From NCBI RefSeq assembly GCF_036321535.1, contig NC_087438.1, positions 6,884,001-6,948,000 of the forward strand: 64,000 bases of DNA. Direction: 5' to 3'. Below are positions 48,110-61,217 of this stretch, in pieces (within the stretch, counting starts at the first letter, position 1; each line of letters starts with the position of its first letter). The notes beneath the pieces were generated by a model. It saw only the letters and a list, made by a program, of their open reading frames with translations, was not told where the DNA came from and did no database searches. The DNA comes from Camelus dromedarius (taxonomy: Eukaryota). Position numbers and translations under genes: made by a program.

Positions 48110-48640
48110 ATGTAAATTGCTGGGCGCACACTTCATGGGGTGGACCCAGGGTTACCCGCGGTGGTGAGAGAATGGCGCACTGTCTTCCCCTCAAAACGGT
48201 CCCGGGTCCTCACCAGCCTACAGTCTGACTGAGGAAATAGACATTCATCAGAGTTCCAGAAATACATGCCAAGTTACAGCCAATAGAAGTGCACAAAAGA
48301 AACGTCCTCGGTGCTCACAATATATAATGGGGGGCGCCTGGAGGGGATACAGACAGCCTTTTCTGGGGAAGCAGTGCCTGACTCCCCTAAGGAAGAGCAT
48401 CTGTCCTCAACTCTGTGGCGCTGAGGACAGGGAGGGAGCACTCAGGTCCTGGGGAAGGAAAACCTGGGCGACACCAAGAGGGCACAGGAGGATGGCCCCT
48501 CTGAGGACGTGAGAACAGGCAGGTGTGGCCAGAGCGAAGAGGGCTGGAGCGCTTCCGGGATGAAGAGGGAGGAGCAGGTAAAAGACAGGCCATGCAGAAG
48601 CTTGAAGGCCAGCTCGAGGATTTTAGATTTGAGTTTGCAC
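48110..48640 (-). mobile_element. L2 fragment (degenerate)
   Basis: 'cagcctacagtctgactgaggaaatagaca', 'gtgtggccagagc', 'gaagcttgaaggccag...gaggattttagattt'. Confidence 0.45.
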
Positions 48641-49289
48641 TCCCAGTAATGACTCAGTAGCTACTATGAGGCCAACCTGCCCTCAAATTATTTAAAAAAA
48701 AAAAAAATCTCCCTTAAACTATTTTTAAAACTACTAACTTGAGACCAGATATTATCAGCAACTGCCTGAGGTGCTGGAACATGACTAAAACAGGCAGATA
48801 CTAGGCGGGTGGTGATATTTGAAAAAGGGGCAGGAGCTGGGTGAGTTTCTCGGCTTCGTCTTCTGCCCTGAGCGCAGGCCCCCATCTGTAGTGCGTGGGA
48901 GCAAATGAAAATTTGCAGTCTTATTGGACTGAAGATGGAGGCACAGAGACAGAGCAACCCCAGCAGCTAGAAACCATGGTGGGGGGTCATCTGGTAGGAG
49001 GAGAGCCCCGAACCCTGGGCATGAGCTCTGCCCGCATCTCTGGCAGACTCAGGACCATGCAGGCCCAGGGGAGCTCGGTGCTCCACCAGGAAAGCAGCTT
49101 CCATTTTAAATGAAGTCTTTGAGCTTACAGTTTGAATTAAATCATTACAATGGGTACTTGGGGGTCACTGTTTTGGGGTTTTTTTTTTCCAGGGGGGTGG
49201 GTTTCCTGAAAAGATTTGTAGTTTTGCCTTTTCCAGTGGTGGTTCTGACTCCGTAATCAGCGGAGCAGGTTGTGCTGGGGCCACAATGG

Positions 49290-49870
49290 GCCACAAAGAG
49301 ACTTTAGGGGGCAGCTGTCAAGTCCCACAAGAGGTGATGGTGCCTCGGGTGGGCCTGGAAGAGGCATGGAGTCTGAGAAGTGGACATGGGGTCATCAGAA
49401 CCTGGGAAGGGGCTGAGGGACACGAGGGCCAGGAAGGCCTCCAAGTTCCCTGACTAGAAACCAGTGGGGTCGGGGGCTGCTGGGGGGTGAAATTCATGGC
49501 AGCATGCAAGACAGGAAGGAGACAGGCCTGGCGAGGATCACATCTGCCTTCAGACAAGTGCAGGGTCAGATACACTTGAGACGTCCCAGCAGAAATGCCA
49601 AGTAGGCTGTTTAACACAGGAGTCAGAGAAATTCAGAGCTAATGATATAAATCTGATATAAATTAGTAAGACAACTGGACTTTGGGGTAATGAAGCGGTG
49701 GGTATGGGTGAGATCCCCTGAGGATAGAATACGGGGAGGTGGGGGAGTAGGAAGAAAAAGGGACCTAAGATCTAAACTTCAGAAATCCCTCAATTTCATG
49801 ACCAGGTTAGTTGGAAACAGAGGAAACAGAGAGGCAAAGTAAAAAGAAACCAGAAGTTTTGCAGCTACAC
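49290..49870 (-). mobile_element. L2 fragment (degenerate)
   Basis: 'ttgagacgtcccagcagaaatgccaagtaggctgtt...ggagtcagaga', 'atgggtgagatcccctgagga'. Confidence 0.5.
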
Positions 49871-50569
49871 AGTGGGTCACTCTTAACCTGCTATGACCCC
49901 CAATTCAAGGGCTTTATCACTGTGTTTACCCGTAACTCACCCCAGACTGTTCTAAGAGTTAACCCTCAAATTCACCCTAAAACCTAATCTCCCTGGACTT
50001 TCGGGAACCCACCCCACCGAACAGCGAAGAACCAGCAGCTTCAGCACATCCGCTCTGTTCTCACTTTTAAGTCCATCCAGCCCCACTCTCTGTTCAGCAT
50101 CCTCAGGCCACAGGGCTCACGTCGTCATCCAGAAATGATGGCGAATATCACAGCCACCTAGAGCACAGTCAGAGGGTCTGATCCCTTCCCTTGAAAGCAA
50201 CACAAGAAAGGGAAAAAAAATGTTCGGCATGAGCAAGCCCGAGGGTCTATAAAAACTAGCGTTTTAAACATTGTGCGAGTCCGCGTGAAGGAATCATTTT
50301 TAGTTGGTTTTGCTTTGCTGTTTTCTTTTAACAAATCAATGCTTAAATGAACGATCTGACGAAATTGCCTGGCTCTGGTTTTGAGGGCCACTGTGACCTA
50401 CATACAACCACATACCAGCCTTAACAGAGCTCAGCCAGAGCAGAGAAACGTGGAGATGAGATCATGACCAAATGTCACTTCTACAAGGTTTGCTTGGAGC
50501 CCGTTCTTGCCCGTGGACATCCCTTCGGGGCAGCAGCCTGGGGCTCCCCCTGCTCCCTCCACCATCCTC

Positions 50570-51085
50570 AGGGTTCCAGGCATCTCTTGAGGTCCCATGA
50601 CCATTTCAAGGGGCCACGAACTCAAAGCTATTTCCATAATAATACTAAGTCAATATTTGGCTTTTTCTACCTCATTCTCTCTCTGATCTTTAGCAGAGTT
50701 TTGATGTGATATCAAAGAACATCCACAATTATCTGGTGGAGAAACAAACCATTAAATACCTGTCGCTCTTCCAACAACATATCTGCAAAACAACGAGTTG
50801 CCAGGACTGAACAAAGGCGCAGATGAGAGATAACAGCTGTCTTCCATTAAAAAGTTATGTGAAAAAGAATGAAAACAATGCCAATCTCTCACCAATTTTT
50901 TTTGTTTTGGAAAATAGTGTTATTTTTCACTGAAATATGTTGTGCACATTATAACATAATAGATTGATCATTATTGTCTTTAATGAGTTATAAAATAAAT
51001 ACCTTTCAAATTAATTTAAAAATTAATTTAAAATCAATATGGTACATTTGGATAGATATAACCCATAGAAGTAAGCTCTCTGGGG
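50570..51085. mobile_element. Charlie1-like hAT DNA transposon remnant
   Basis: 'tcaaagctatttccataataatactaag', 'ttttgttttggaaaatag...tttttcactgaaatatgtt', 'gatagatataacccatagaagtaagctctctgggg'. Confidence 0.65.
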
Positions 51086-52100
51086 CCAGGGGCAGGTGAA
51101 CGCCAGGTCCTACCCACAGGTATGGGTCCAGGTGACTGGAGAGGACTCAGCCTGGGACCCGCCCCAACTAGCCGCTGCTAACCCACCAGGTGGACTTACC
51201 TCCATGTGGCTGCTGTTCTTCCAGAATCCCAGAACCAAACTGGGCAAGAACCTGCAGCCCACGGCATCCCCATGAGCTCCTCTAGAATGCACCACTTCCT
51301 CCTCTGCAGATAGAAGCCCAGAGAACAGACATTAGACCAAGACTTATACACAGCAGCACCTACCAGTACACCTGGACCAGTTGTTAAAACAGTAAAGAAA
51401 GTCTGTACCCCAAGTCTCCAAAGTGCTCCTCCCCCCAAACCCCACAGGCATAGCCCCATTATCTGTGAACAAAAAAGTTAGAGCCTGAGTCTGACTCCAA
51501 AGTATCCCATCCCAAAGCATCCCATCTCACCCTCTCCGCTTCCCCAGGACCAGGTAGGGCCCTCACGGTCCTCCCCATGTTCTGTACTGGTTGTTACATC
51601 CAGAGCATCCCTGCCCCTCAGCATCCACGTGGTCCCAGCACACAGCCCCTTCTCCACCCTCTCTCTGAATCCTTCTCCTTATAAAACTCTGACCCAGAAG
51701 AGTCAGACTGCAGGAGTTTTCTTCCTCTACTTCATCTCATCTTCCTACTCCAGAGCAACCAGCCCCTTGGCCTAGATTTCAAAGCAGAAGGGCCATCCTT
51801 ACAGGCAGGCTGTGGAAGGCATACTGCTCTGAGTGCACCAGCCTCTGTCTTTGAAATGCTAAATGAATTCTGCACGTGCTGAAGCTCTAATTGACTCTTC
51901 TTCCCACATCAAGACCCAGCAACTCCATGACCTGTTTCTCAAGTTTTGGAGAACGCTTCCCTGCAACAGTTCCCAGCATGTTGGAAGAAGGACAGGTAGT
52001 TAATGGTTTTTTTCTCCCCCGGGAAATTGTGGATGCTCTTCTTTGATGTTGCCGTGTTTTCCTTCCCACTCTTCCCTTTCCAATCACATCGTTGGTAAGC

Positions 52101-52260
52101 CAGTGGTTCTTAGACTTCGCTATGTATTAGAATCACTGGGGGAGCTTCAGAAAGCACTGGTGCTCAGACATTCATGTCATCCTCAGGGAGAGACCCAGGT
52201 ATCAGCAGTGTTTAAAGCTTCCCAGAGATGCCAATATGCAGGTAAGGTTGAGAAGCAATG
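52101..52260. mobile_element. MER5A hAT-Charlie element
   Basis: 'cagtggttct...attagaatcactgggggagctt...aagcttcccagagatgccaatatgcag...gttgagaagcaatg'. Confidence 0.8.
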
Positions 52261-52599
52261 TTCTAGGCTAGAAATTTACCATATATCTTCTCAATTTCCC
52301 ACCCGTAGCACGCCACCACCAGGTCTAGAACTACCCGGGGAGAAGTGCCTTCTCTGCTGGTTCTTGCCATTGGAACCTGCTCCCTGGCTGGCCGGGCCAG
52401 TGGAAGCAGGCTTCAGACCAGGTACAAGAGTCTTACACTCAAGAAGACAGCCTTGCTCCATAAGATTTAGGCTCATTTCTACTTACTTATGTCTTTGCTG
52501 ATAAGGAATAAACTGGCCAAGGAGCCCTACCTCCATTTGTCCTGCGGTCACTCCCAGGAGCATGCAGGACACACCTGACCATTGACAGTGCACCAGCCA

Positions 52600-52760
52600 A
52601 GACCACACGCCCCACATCAGAGTCACCTAGGCAGCATTTAGAAACTGCTGATGCCCACCCCTCTACCAAGGTCCTTGAGGCTCTCTGGAACGGGGCCAGG
52701 GGAACAATATTATTACTGTTCCCGAGCTAATCCTTATGTGCAGCCAGAAACAAGAACTGC
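52600..52760. mobile_element. MER5A-like element
   Basis: 'cacatcagagtcacctagg...ctgatgccc...atccttatgtgcagccag...aagaactgc'. Confidence 0.6.
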
Positions 52761-53476
52761 CAAGCCTCCCGGCCCAGGGAATCTCGGCGGGTCCCGCCGC
52801 CTGCCTTCCTCTACTAATACGTGGGTGACGCCTTGGTTCACCTCGCTTTTCATTTCAGGTTTTCTCCTGTCCTTCAGCTCGTAGGTCACCTGAGCCACCT
52901 GTGCTGCTGTCTGCGAGTCTGCCAGCCTGCTCTGCCCCGCCCTGACGCCCCGCTAAAGCCCCACCTCTGAGCACCTTAGCGCAGATGGGTATTGCCCTTG
53001 AGTGACAAGCTCCTAGACGCAGCCTGAGGGTCTTTCAGCCACCATTTCCCAAGGGGCCGGTCGAAGATCCACTTTAAAAAAAAGGTTTTATTTTTAAATT
53101 AGTACATACATTTTTATTTTAAAAAGTAACACATATACGAAAGAAATCCAAACAGCGTCAAAATGTGTAACAGCGAGATGAGGGTCTTTCCTGCTGGAGT
53201 TCTGCAGTCCCTTCCCAGAGGGAGGGACTTCTAAACAAAAGCGTGTTCGTATTTGAGCATCTCTCCCCAGAGGGACTTTTCCATTTTGTAGAAACAGAAG
53301 AGATTCCTGAGACCTGACTACTCCGTGAGACTCTTGGAGGGAGAGGGAGGAGGGTCCCCGAAGCCTGTACCTTTAAGAGCTGCTCGGGGACCAAGGATCA
53401 GACGGCATATGATGAGAACTGCCGTGGACTACAGCCCCTGACACCTCAGGGGGCTTTCAGCAAATGTGATAAGACG

Positions 53477-53819
53477 TCTGTGAGTCTGTTTCTGCTTTAT
53501 AAAGAAGTTCATTTGTGTCATTTTTTTTTTTAGATTCCACATACAAGTGATATCATATGGTATTTTTCTTTCTTTTTCCACATTACTTAGTATGACAATC
53601 TCCTGTTCAAGATTTGTAGATACTAACTGCTATACATAAAATAGATAAACAACAAATTTCTTCTCTACAGCACAGGGAACTATATTCAATATCTTGTACT
53701 AACTTATAATGAAAAAGAATATGAAAAGGAATATATGTATGTATATCTATGACTGAAACATTATGCTCTACACCAGAAATTGACACATTGTAAACTGACT
53801 AGACGTCAATTAAAAAAAA
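53477..53819 (+). mobile_element. 5'-inverted camelid L1 3' end
   Basis: Antisense 53477-53603, sense tail 53605-53819 with poly-A; degenerate TSD AAATGTGATAAGACG (53462-53476) / AAAAGTAATAAGATG (53820-53834). Confidence 0.85.
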
Positions 53820-53886
53820 AAAAGTAATAAGATGGGTCCTAACTGCGGGAAGAAAATGGGGAAGGTCATTACTGGTACTAAATAAG

Positions 53887-54267
53887 TGTTGTGGGCCAAT
53901 CTGCATTCTCCCGAAATTGAAGTTCCAATTCCCAGTGCCCAAAATGTAACTGTATTTGGTGACAAGATCTTTAAAGAGGTGATTAAGTTAAAATGAGGTC
54001 TTTCCCTTGGGCACTACTCCAATCCGATTGGTGTGTCCTTATGTGAAGAGGAAATTTGGACCCACAAAAACAGGCAGCAAAGGAAGATCTATGTGAGAAT
54101 AAGGAGGGAAGGCGGCAGTCGAGCCAAGGAGAGGAGCCTCAGAAGCAGCCAAACCACTGACCCCTTGATCTTGGACCTCTAGCCTCCAGAATTGTGAGAA
54201 AGTCCATTTCTGTTGCTTAAGCCCCCAGTCTAATATTTTATTACGGTCGTCCGAGCAGACAAACACA
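53887..54267 (+). mobile_element. MaLR solo LTR (MLT1B-like)
   Basis: 'aatgtaactgtatttggtgacaagatctttaaagaggtgattaagttaaaatgaggtc...ccttgatcttggacctctagcctccagaattgtgaga...gcagacaaacaca'. Confidence 0.9.
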
Positions 54268-55177
54268 AGTACGTCCACTCGACTCCACTCTGGTCACCTA
54301 CGGATGTTACGGCGGGCTAGAAACACTGGACACTCCTGCATGATGTCGTCAGCCTCCAAGCCAGGAGGCCTCCTTGTCGGTGAGACCTACCACTCCACGG
54401 TAGGTTTCTTTGTGTGGTTCAGTTAGTACATTTTTGGCTAAGAAAGCACAATTTCCTTGTACCAACCTCAGGACAAGAGGAACAGCACGAGAATAAGGTT
54501 TTCAGGCTTGATGCACGAGGTTCAACGTTCTTTTAAAATTTAAAACACGAATGTCCAAAAGTGGTCCACATGAAACAGCTAACATAAATACGCCATGTAA
54601 CAATAGGGATATTTCTTGATGGGCAGGAGTGTGGCTAAGACTGACGAGGAGTGTTCGAGGAGCCCTGCATGACAAGTTAGCTCGCTCTGAATCTTTAGAC
54701 CGAAGCCCTTGCTTTCTTAGGCCTGAGCGTGATCGAAGTTGTGGGGGAGAGGGGGAGGGGATGGGTGTAAACACACCACGGCTCATGCAGAAGAGCTGGG
54801 GCTGCGAAACTAGTGGCTTCTGGTGGAAAACTCGCTCACAAGGCACATGGCTTCCTCCTTGCTCTTTGAAAGTGGACCTGGCTTTGATCAATAAGCTATT
54901 ATAAATATGATGCACAGTTGCAAGAGAAAATCACTTCTGTTTCAGAGGAAATGGCACAGATGAAGGCGCCGCCATCGCCTTTGAAAGTCAATACCCCCTG
55001 CGGTGATGCAGCGGCTGCAGTCGTGGGCAGCCCTGCGGGTTAACCAGGCAGCAGGCGGGCAGTCTGGCTGACTACTGGAAGGGCGCTGCCTCCAAAAGCT
55101 TGCAGAAGCTAAGGTTTTCTTTGGAATCAGGGCAATGGTCGATTCAGGGGTTGGTGTTTTTCGTTTGGTGTTGTTTT

Positions 55178-55212
55178 GATTTTGGTTTTTTTGTTGTTGT
55201 TGTTGTTGTTTT
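55178..55212. repeat. (GTT)n / T-rich simple repeat
   Basis: ttttggttttttttgttgttgttgttgttgttttg. Confidence 0.8.
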
Positions 55213-56754
55213 GCTGAAACACTTTTTGGTAAACAATAACTGTCAGAGATCTGTTCTCTTGCAAATCCAATATATGCCGTCTGCCCTTCCGGGCACTCTC
55301 TTAAGAGGTCTGCCCCAGCCCACCAACCTTTTATTACACTGTCTGTAATGCTCCTAAAAATACTCCATCAGATCCAGTGTGATGTTGTGTATGTGCCAGT
55401 TCATTTAAATTACAACTGTAGAGACGTCAGCTGCTCTAGTAACAAATGGAGAGCCCAGCAGTGGTCTGAAGAAGTGATGGTCAGGAAGCAGCTTCCTGGG
55501 TGTCTGTTACCTACATCTCAGTCACCAAGCTGGACTGCACATATTAGCACACTCAGTGTCTGAGATGCATCTTTATTAATGAAAATGGTGGCCTCTCAAA
55601 CTTCACCGAGGGATGTCAGAACTAGTTTCTTCTTAGCAAAATTAAAGGTATTCAAGATGGCAAAAATATTTCAGAGATACCCCCCACTCTCCAAAGGGTA
55701 TAAGAATTCAGAGAAGCTTGTTGTCACCCCCTTAGGAACAGGGCAAGGGCAGGGCCCCTCAGCATCCTGGGTTTAGCCACCCGGGGCGGGGGTAGGGGGT
55801 GGTTCTGGTTGTCAGAATTGCAAAGGCAGAGCCTGCTCCAACAAGTTGTCATGTCTCTCTAATTTCACCAGAACACCTACGGCACAGAGAGCTGGGACTT
55901 CATGTGTCTTATAAGCAGGTTGGATCTCTTGTGTCTTCTGCTAATAGGCATATGTTTAGTAAATACCCACATGAGATACAGGAGCATCTGAGCTGAGACT
56001 TGCCTTCATTAGAAACTAGCATTGATGTTGTAAGGAAATAGCTAACCTGCAGTCACCTCTAAGGCTACACGGTGAAGGCTACACTATCAACCAAAAAGAA
56101 CCAAATTGCCTCAAGTCATTCTCCAAACCACCTGGATGACCCCAAGCCCTGTTAGTGTTACCTGCTTTCTCTAACCCCAATTCAAATCGAGACTTCCCTT
56201 CAACCACCTCCTTCTGCAGAAAGTCTTCTTCACCTAAGGTCTTACTTTGCATCCAGAAAATAAGGGTTAGAGAAATTACACTATACTCTCATCGTCTGGC
56301 CATGACCTTTGGGGCAATGTTTTCTAGGTCTAAGTATTTGAAGCCAATTTTCTAAGACCTCATTTTCTATGCTTGCAAATTATTTTCTATCTCCTTAAGC
56401 AATGAGCCAGTCCTATGAACACAGAAATGCTTGCTACATGTATCCCCTGTTTCTATGCCTACTGTGAGCATGATTAACTTCAGGGTCAAGAAGAGAGACC
56501 ACAGTTTGGCTCTGAGCCCCAAGAAATGATCCAGGAAAAGAGTGTGGACAATGATGGTACAGAAAGACAGCACTGTTAGTGAGCCTTTGCATTCATGCAT
56601 TTTACAGTGAAAACACCTGCATCATTGAATTTATGGAACCCTAGGAAAGAAGTCTACTGCCCCAGAAGGCTTAGGGTGGTCTCAATTTTTCCTTCAGCTA
56701 ATGCTTTAAAGGGAGGTAATGTGGCATTTTCTCAAGAAACCTGGATTTGCAATT

Positions 56755-56935
56755 GATGGGTTCAAGTTCATAGTCAACCATAGTGAATATAACATTAGGC
56801 AATGTATTTAGTATCTTTGAGACTCCAGATGTTCATATATAAAATGGAAATACTGTTTATGCAATAAGATCATTGTGAGGATTGAATAAGTGATTGGTGT
56901 ATTATAAAATCCTATACCACCATAAGGCTTTGTTA
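56755..56935 (+). mobile_element. MIR SINE
   Basis: 'tgggttcaagt...tctttgagactccagatgttcatatataaaatggaaata...ttgtgaggattgaataag'. Confidence 0.65.
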
Positions 56936-58018
56936 TTTTCAAGTATTCACTTCTTTTGACACCAAGATCATCTTGAAAGTACTATTTTAGTCTGAAAGTT
57001 CCATTGAAATTACACAAATAACCTATTAGAATCTTTAAATAAAAAGGAAAAAATTAACAAAAAGTTCCTTTTTGAGTTAAGAATGCTGCATTTTGGAAAG
57101 ATTTTTGTTTTTATTAAAACAGATGGTGAATACAGAATTTCTCATAGACTTGATACCTGACATTTGGGACTTTTTCATTTCTTTTCAAAGTAGAGATAGA
57201 AGTAATAAATTAGAATGAATATAATTTATTTCCATCGGCAGCCCAGATGGTTCTGGAGGGCAGAGCAAAGCTCTAAGGCGAGCATGGTGACCCCAGCTAG
57301 CTCCCAGAAGCTCTGCCCGCGCTCATTTCCCCTGCTGAGATTCAAACGACACTTCCATCCCTAGCACTTGGAGGGAAGCTTGCTGTTCTTGACTGCAATA
57401 ACTTTCTTGGAATGACAAAGTAGACACATATATATCTTTGCCTAAAGTCAAGTTTTATGAGACCATCTATTCCCATTCGTAGGCAGGTCCATTTTTTACT
57501 GAATTAACATTAAGAAGAAGGCATTTGGCTTTATCAAGCATGTTTCTTCCACTTTAGTAGAATAAGCAGTTCAAAATGTGCCAGAAAGATGATGAAAGCA
57601 ACGAAACCATTTATCTGAAGGGAAAGAGAGATAAGATCACTAGGAGCCTGCAGATTAAAGAACCTAATTTCTGTTTTAGATTGATATATAAACACACTTG
57701 GAGACAAAACGCGGGCAAAGGACACATCTTCAATGTTCTCCCTCCAATTTTAACTTTAATTAATTCTCTGTATTTCATAACAGTGTATTTCCTAATCACA
57801 CAGGGGCTTGCTTCAGAATTCTAAGTAGGACTGTTACCGTTCACAAGTCATCCTTGTGTTTCTAATGAGTCAGTTTTAAACTATTAACAGATATCTCATC
57901 TTTGGTTAATTAAATAGGCTAATTTTCCTTGCCTAACAATTATTCATAATACTCTGATATTTTTTAAACTCCAAAATAACCATCTGGAAAATATACACTC
58001 TCAACTTAAGTTTGTATC

Positions 58019-58506
58019 TGTATTAGAGTTCTCCAGAGAAACCGAGCCAGTAGGAGGTATATTGATAGATATGTAGGAAGAAATGTATTACAGGAATTGG
58101 CTCATGCAATTTTGGTGCCAAGCAGACCCACAGTCTGCTGTCTGCAAGCAGGAGAACCAGGAAAGCAGGTGGAGTAAATCAGCCAGAGCCCAAAGGTTGA
58201 AGATGGCGTAAGTCCTGGGGCCCCTAGACCTGAGAACCAGAACCCTCAGGGTTCCAAGGCAGGAAAAGATGGACCACTCAGCTAAAGAAGAGAGAAATTT
58301 CACTCCTCATCTACCTTTTCTGTCTGTTTGGACTTTGGACAGAGTGGAGGATGCCCACTAGTGAGGGTGACTTCCCTCAGGTTACTGATTCAAAGTCTAA
58401 TCTCTTCCAGAAGCAACTTCACAGATGCACCTAGAAATAAAGTTTTAACCAGCGATCTGGACATCCTGTAGCCCATTACAGTTGACGCATAAAGTGAACC
58501 GTCACA
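58019..58506 (-). mobile_element. MLT2B-like ERVL solo LTR
   Basis: 'tgtattagagttctccagagaaac...aggaattggctcatgcaatt...agttgacgcataaagtgaaccgtcaca'; near-TSD GTATC / GCATC. Confidence 0.9.
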
Positions 58507-60199
58507 GCATCCTACTATTTCCAATGGGGAAAGTGTGAGCGTAGATTGCTGAGTAAGATATTCACGATCCCCAGACACAGAGGGGCCCGAATTTCAAAGC
58601 ACTTCCCGTTTCGCAGCACAGTAATCTGGGGTAAGAGGGAATTCTTTAAGCACGCAGAGCAAGACGGAAGTAGAATGTGTGTGTGGTTTTGACAGCCCTC
58701 CTAAGGTCAGCTCGTTCTTGCCTGCAGATAGTGGTGGTCTCTGGAGACGAGAAAGGGTGGGAGGTTCCCTGCCCCATGGCTTTGCTACCACCAGAGGGCA
58801 CACCACTACGGAAGCAGGTTTCAGACTCACTTCTGCCACACACAATTCTTGGCAAGCACACACGTTGCAGGTTGCTCGGCAAGCAGGCATGAAGCAGTCT
58901 GTTCCCAGAAGCTCGATGGAGCCCCAGCTCTCAGGCACTTCAGCACCCCTGGAGCACCTTGTGTGATCCAGACACAGAATTCCCAGTTAAAAGGCCAGAA
59001 GTGAAAGGCAACCGAGCCCTAGGCCAAGGGCAACGCTCCAAAGGAGCACACAGAGCCTGCAGGGCCCCAGACACCTGCATCTTACCCACGGGAGGGCAGA
59101 GGGACACGGGCAGGGCTTATCCAACCCACGAGCACCAGGTACCACGAGTACCTCTCACTGCCCTCAACAAGAATTCTCTCCAGTGGTCTTTACATGGATT
59201 CACCAGTCTCCACCGCAGAGATTTGCAGATGAGGATGGTTGAGGATTTGGGGCAGAGGGCGCTGGGCTCTGGGCTCCGGTTCAGTATCTTTAAATTGCTA
59301 AGCACGCCTGTGGATGGAGTGTGCACTTCTCTTCAGGACCTTATAAATGCTAACTAACCACCCCCAGGATAGAAAGTAAAACTAACTAGCTCACCATATA
59401 AATATTTCACACTGTCTCTGCTGAAGTATTTCACAGGAAAATCACTTACGTGTGACCAATGGCACTCAGGGTGACGGCCAGTAGAAGGCAGAGGGACAGT
59501 GTGACCATTCTCTTAATTTCTCTGGCCTGTTCCCTTTCACACAGCCCAGGTTTTCTCAACTAGGGCACCAGAAGGGATTTTTCTCCTCCAAGTTTGAACA
59601 AAAGACCAAAAAGATAAATAAAAAATAGCTAGAGATGAAAATTTTAAACACGTAGGCACCCCAAGAGGAAAACTGGGGTTTAAGTAAACAGACGTAAAAA
59701 ACAACGTGCGTTATAACTGCTTTTTTCTGATAAATGTTCTAGAAAAGATTCAGATAGGTGCCTTATAATCTTACAGGGCTTTTATTTGAGCAGTCGTCAA
59801 AGCTGAGATGCGCCCAGAGAGCCCAGGTGGTCAGGACATCACAGGAAGGTGGTCCCCAGCCCAGCGTCCGGTTCCCAAACAGGCTAATGGATTTCAATCT
59901 GTTTCCATTTCAAATGCACCACATCCAAGAAAGCCCAAACCCACAGCCTGCCCCCAGGGCAGAGTAAAGTTGATTTACACAAGACGAAGACATATGTTCC
60001 ATTCCATATAAGTTATCGCTCTATGTTTTAAGCTCACAGGGATTTAATTTGTGTCAGAAAGAACAATGCTGGCTGGGCTCAACAGAACTGTTTACCAGGG
60101 AGAGACCCTGTTTGAGAAGCATGTCTCTGAAACTCAGTTTTTCTCCCTTGGAGGGCAGGATACCTGAACTCAGATTCACTGCTTTGCTGTGTCTACTTA

Positions 60200-60416
60200 C
60201 TGGTTCATCAAATATTTACCAAGAGTCCCCCTGCCATGCGGCACCAGGGCTGACCCCGAGCAGCTACAAAGAAAATAGGATGTGGTTCCAGCTCTCAAGG
60301 AGCTTTGATTCAGAGCTTGATTTAAAAATCAGAAGAAATGGCTGTGAACGGTGGTGAGTGACTCAGTACAAATGAATGTCAGAGTCCAGAAACGATATAG
60401 TGCCAAAACAGGAGAC
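60200..60416 (-). mobile_element. L2 3' region (probably continues after the MER21 LTR)
   Basis: 'ttcatcaaatatttaccaagagtccccctgccatgcggcacc...ggttccagctctcaaggagcttt'. Confidence 0.55.
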
Positions 60417-61217
60417 TGTATAAGAAAAACTCCCATTTTTCCTTTAGTCTCATGCCATGCACCACACTTCACTTCTGACACCCAATATATGGGGTGTCCT
60501 ACCATTCAGTTCATTCCGACACTAACCAGAGTTAGTGCAGACCATGCAGGGGAAGGGCTCAGACCCACAAGACTGCCCTCCACTTCAGACCCCAAAGGCA
60601 AACAGTGGGTCCCCAGGTTGCCCCCAACTTCAGTCCAACTTGGCTACCAACCAGGGGTTCTCACAACCCTCTCCCTGAATTAAATCATTTGCTAGAGCAG
60701 CTCACAGAACTCAGGGAAACACTCACTTAACGTTTACCAGTTTATTGCATAATAAAGGATGTGATGAAGGATGCTGGTGAGCAGCCTGATGAAGAGACAC
60801 AGAGGTCTGGGAGAGTCACGAGTGCAAGAGCTTCTGTCCACATGGAGCTGGGGTGCCCAGTATATGGATGGGTTCACCGGCCTGGCGTGATTGACTGCTA
60901 ACTCTATTTCCAGCCTCTGTCCCCACTTGGACAACGGGGGGAGGAGCTGAAAGTGACAAGCTTCCAGTCACGGCTTTGTCTCTCTGGTGACCAGCCCCCA
61001 CTCAGAAGCCCCCCAAGGGTCACCTCATTAGAACAGAAAAATTTCATTACCCAGGATCTTTGAAGGGATTTAGGAGCTTTGCACCAGGAACCAGGGTCAA
61101 AGACGAAATATTAGAACAAACGATTCTCCTAGCACCTTTGTTTACAAGCGTTTCCCGGGCTCTATGTCAAGAACCGGGGGCAGAGACCAATACGTACATA
61201 TTTCTAATTATTTCACA
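60417..61217 (-). mobile_element. MER21-family solo LTR (full length, ~800 bp)
   Basis: 'acttctgacacc...ccacaagactgccctccacttcagac...atttgctagagcagctcacagaactcagggaaacac...aggaaccagggtcaaagac'; TG...CA ends; perfect 5-bp TSD GAGAC (60412-60416, 61218-61222). Confidence 0.9.
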
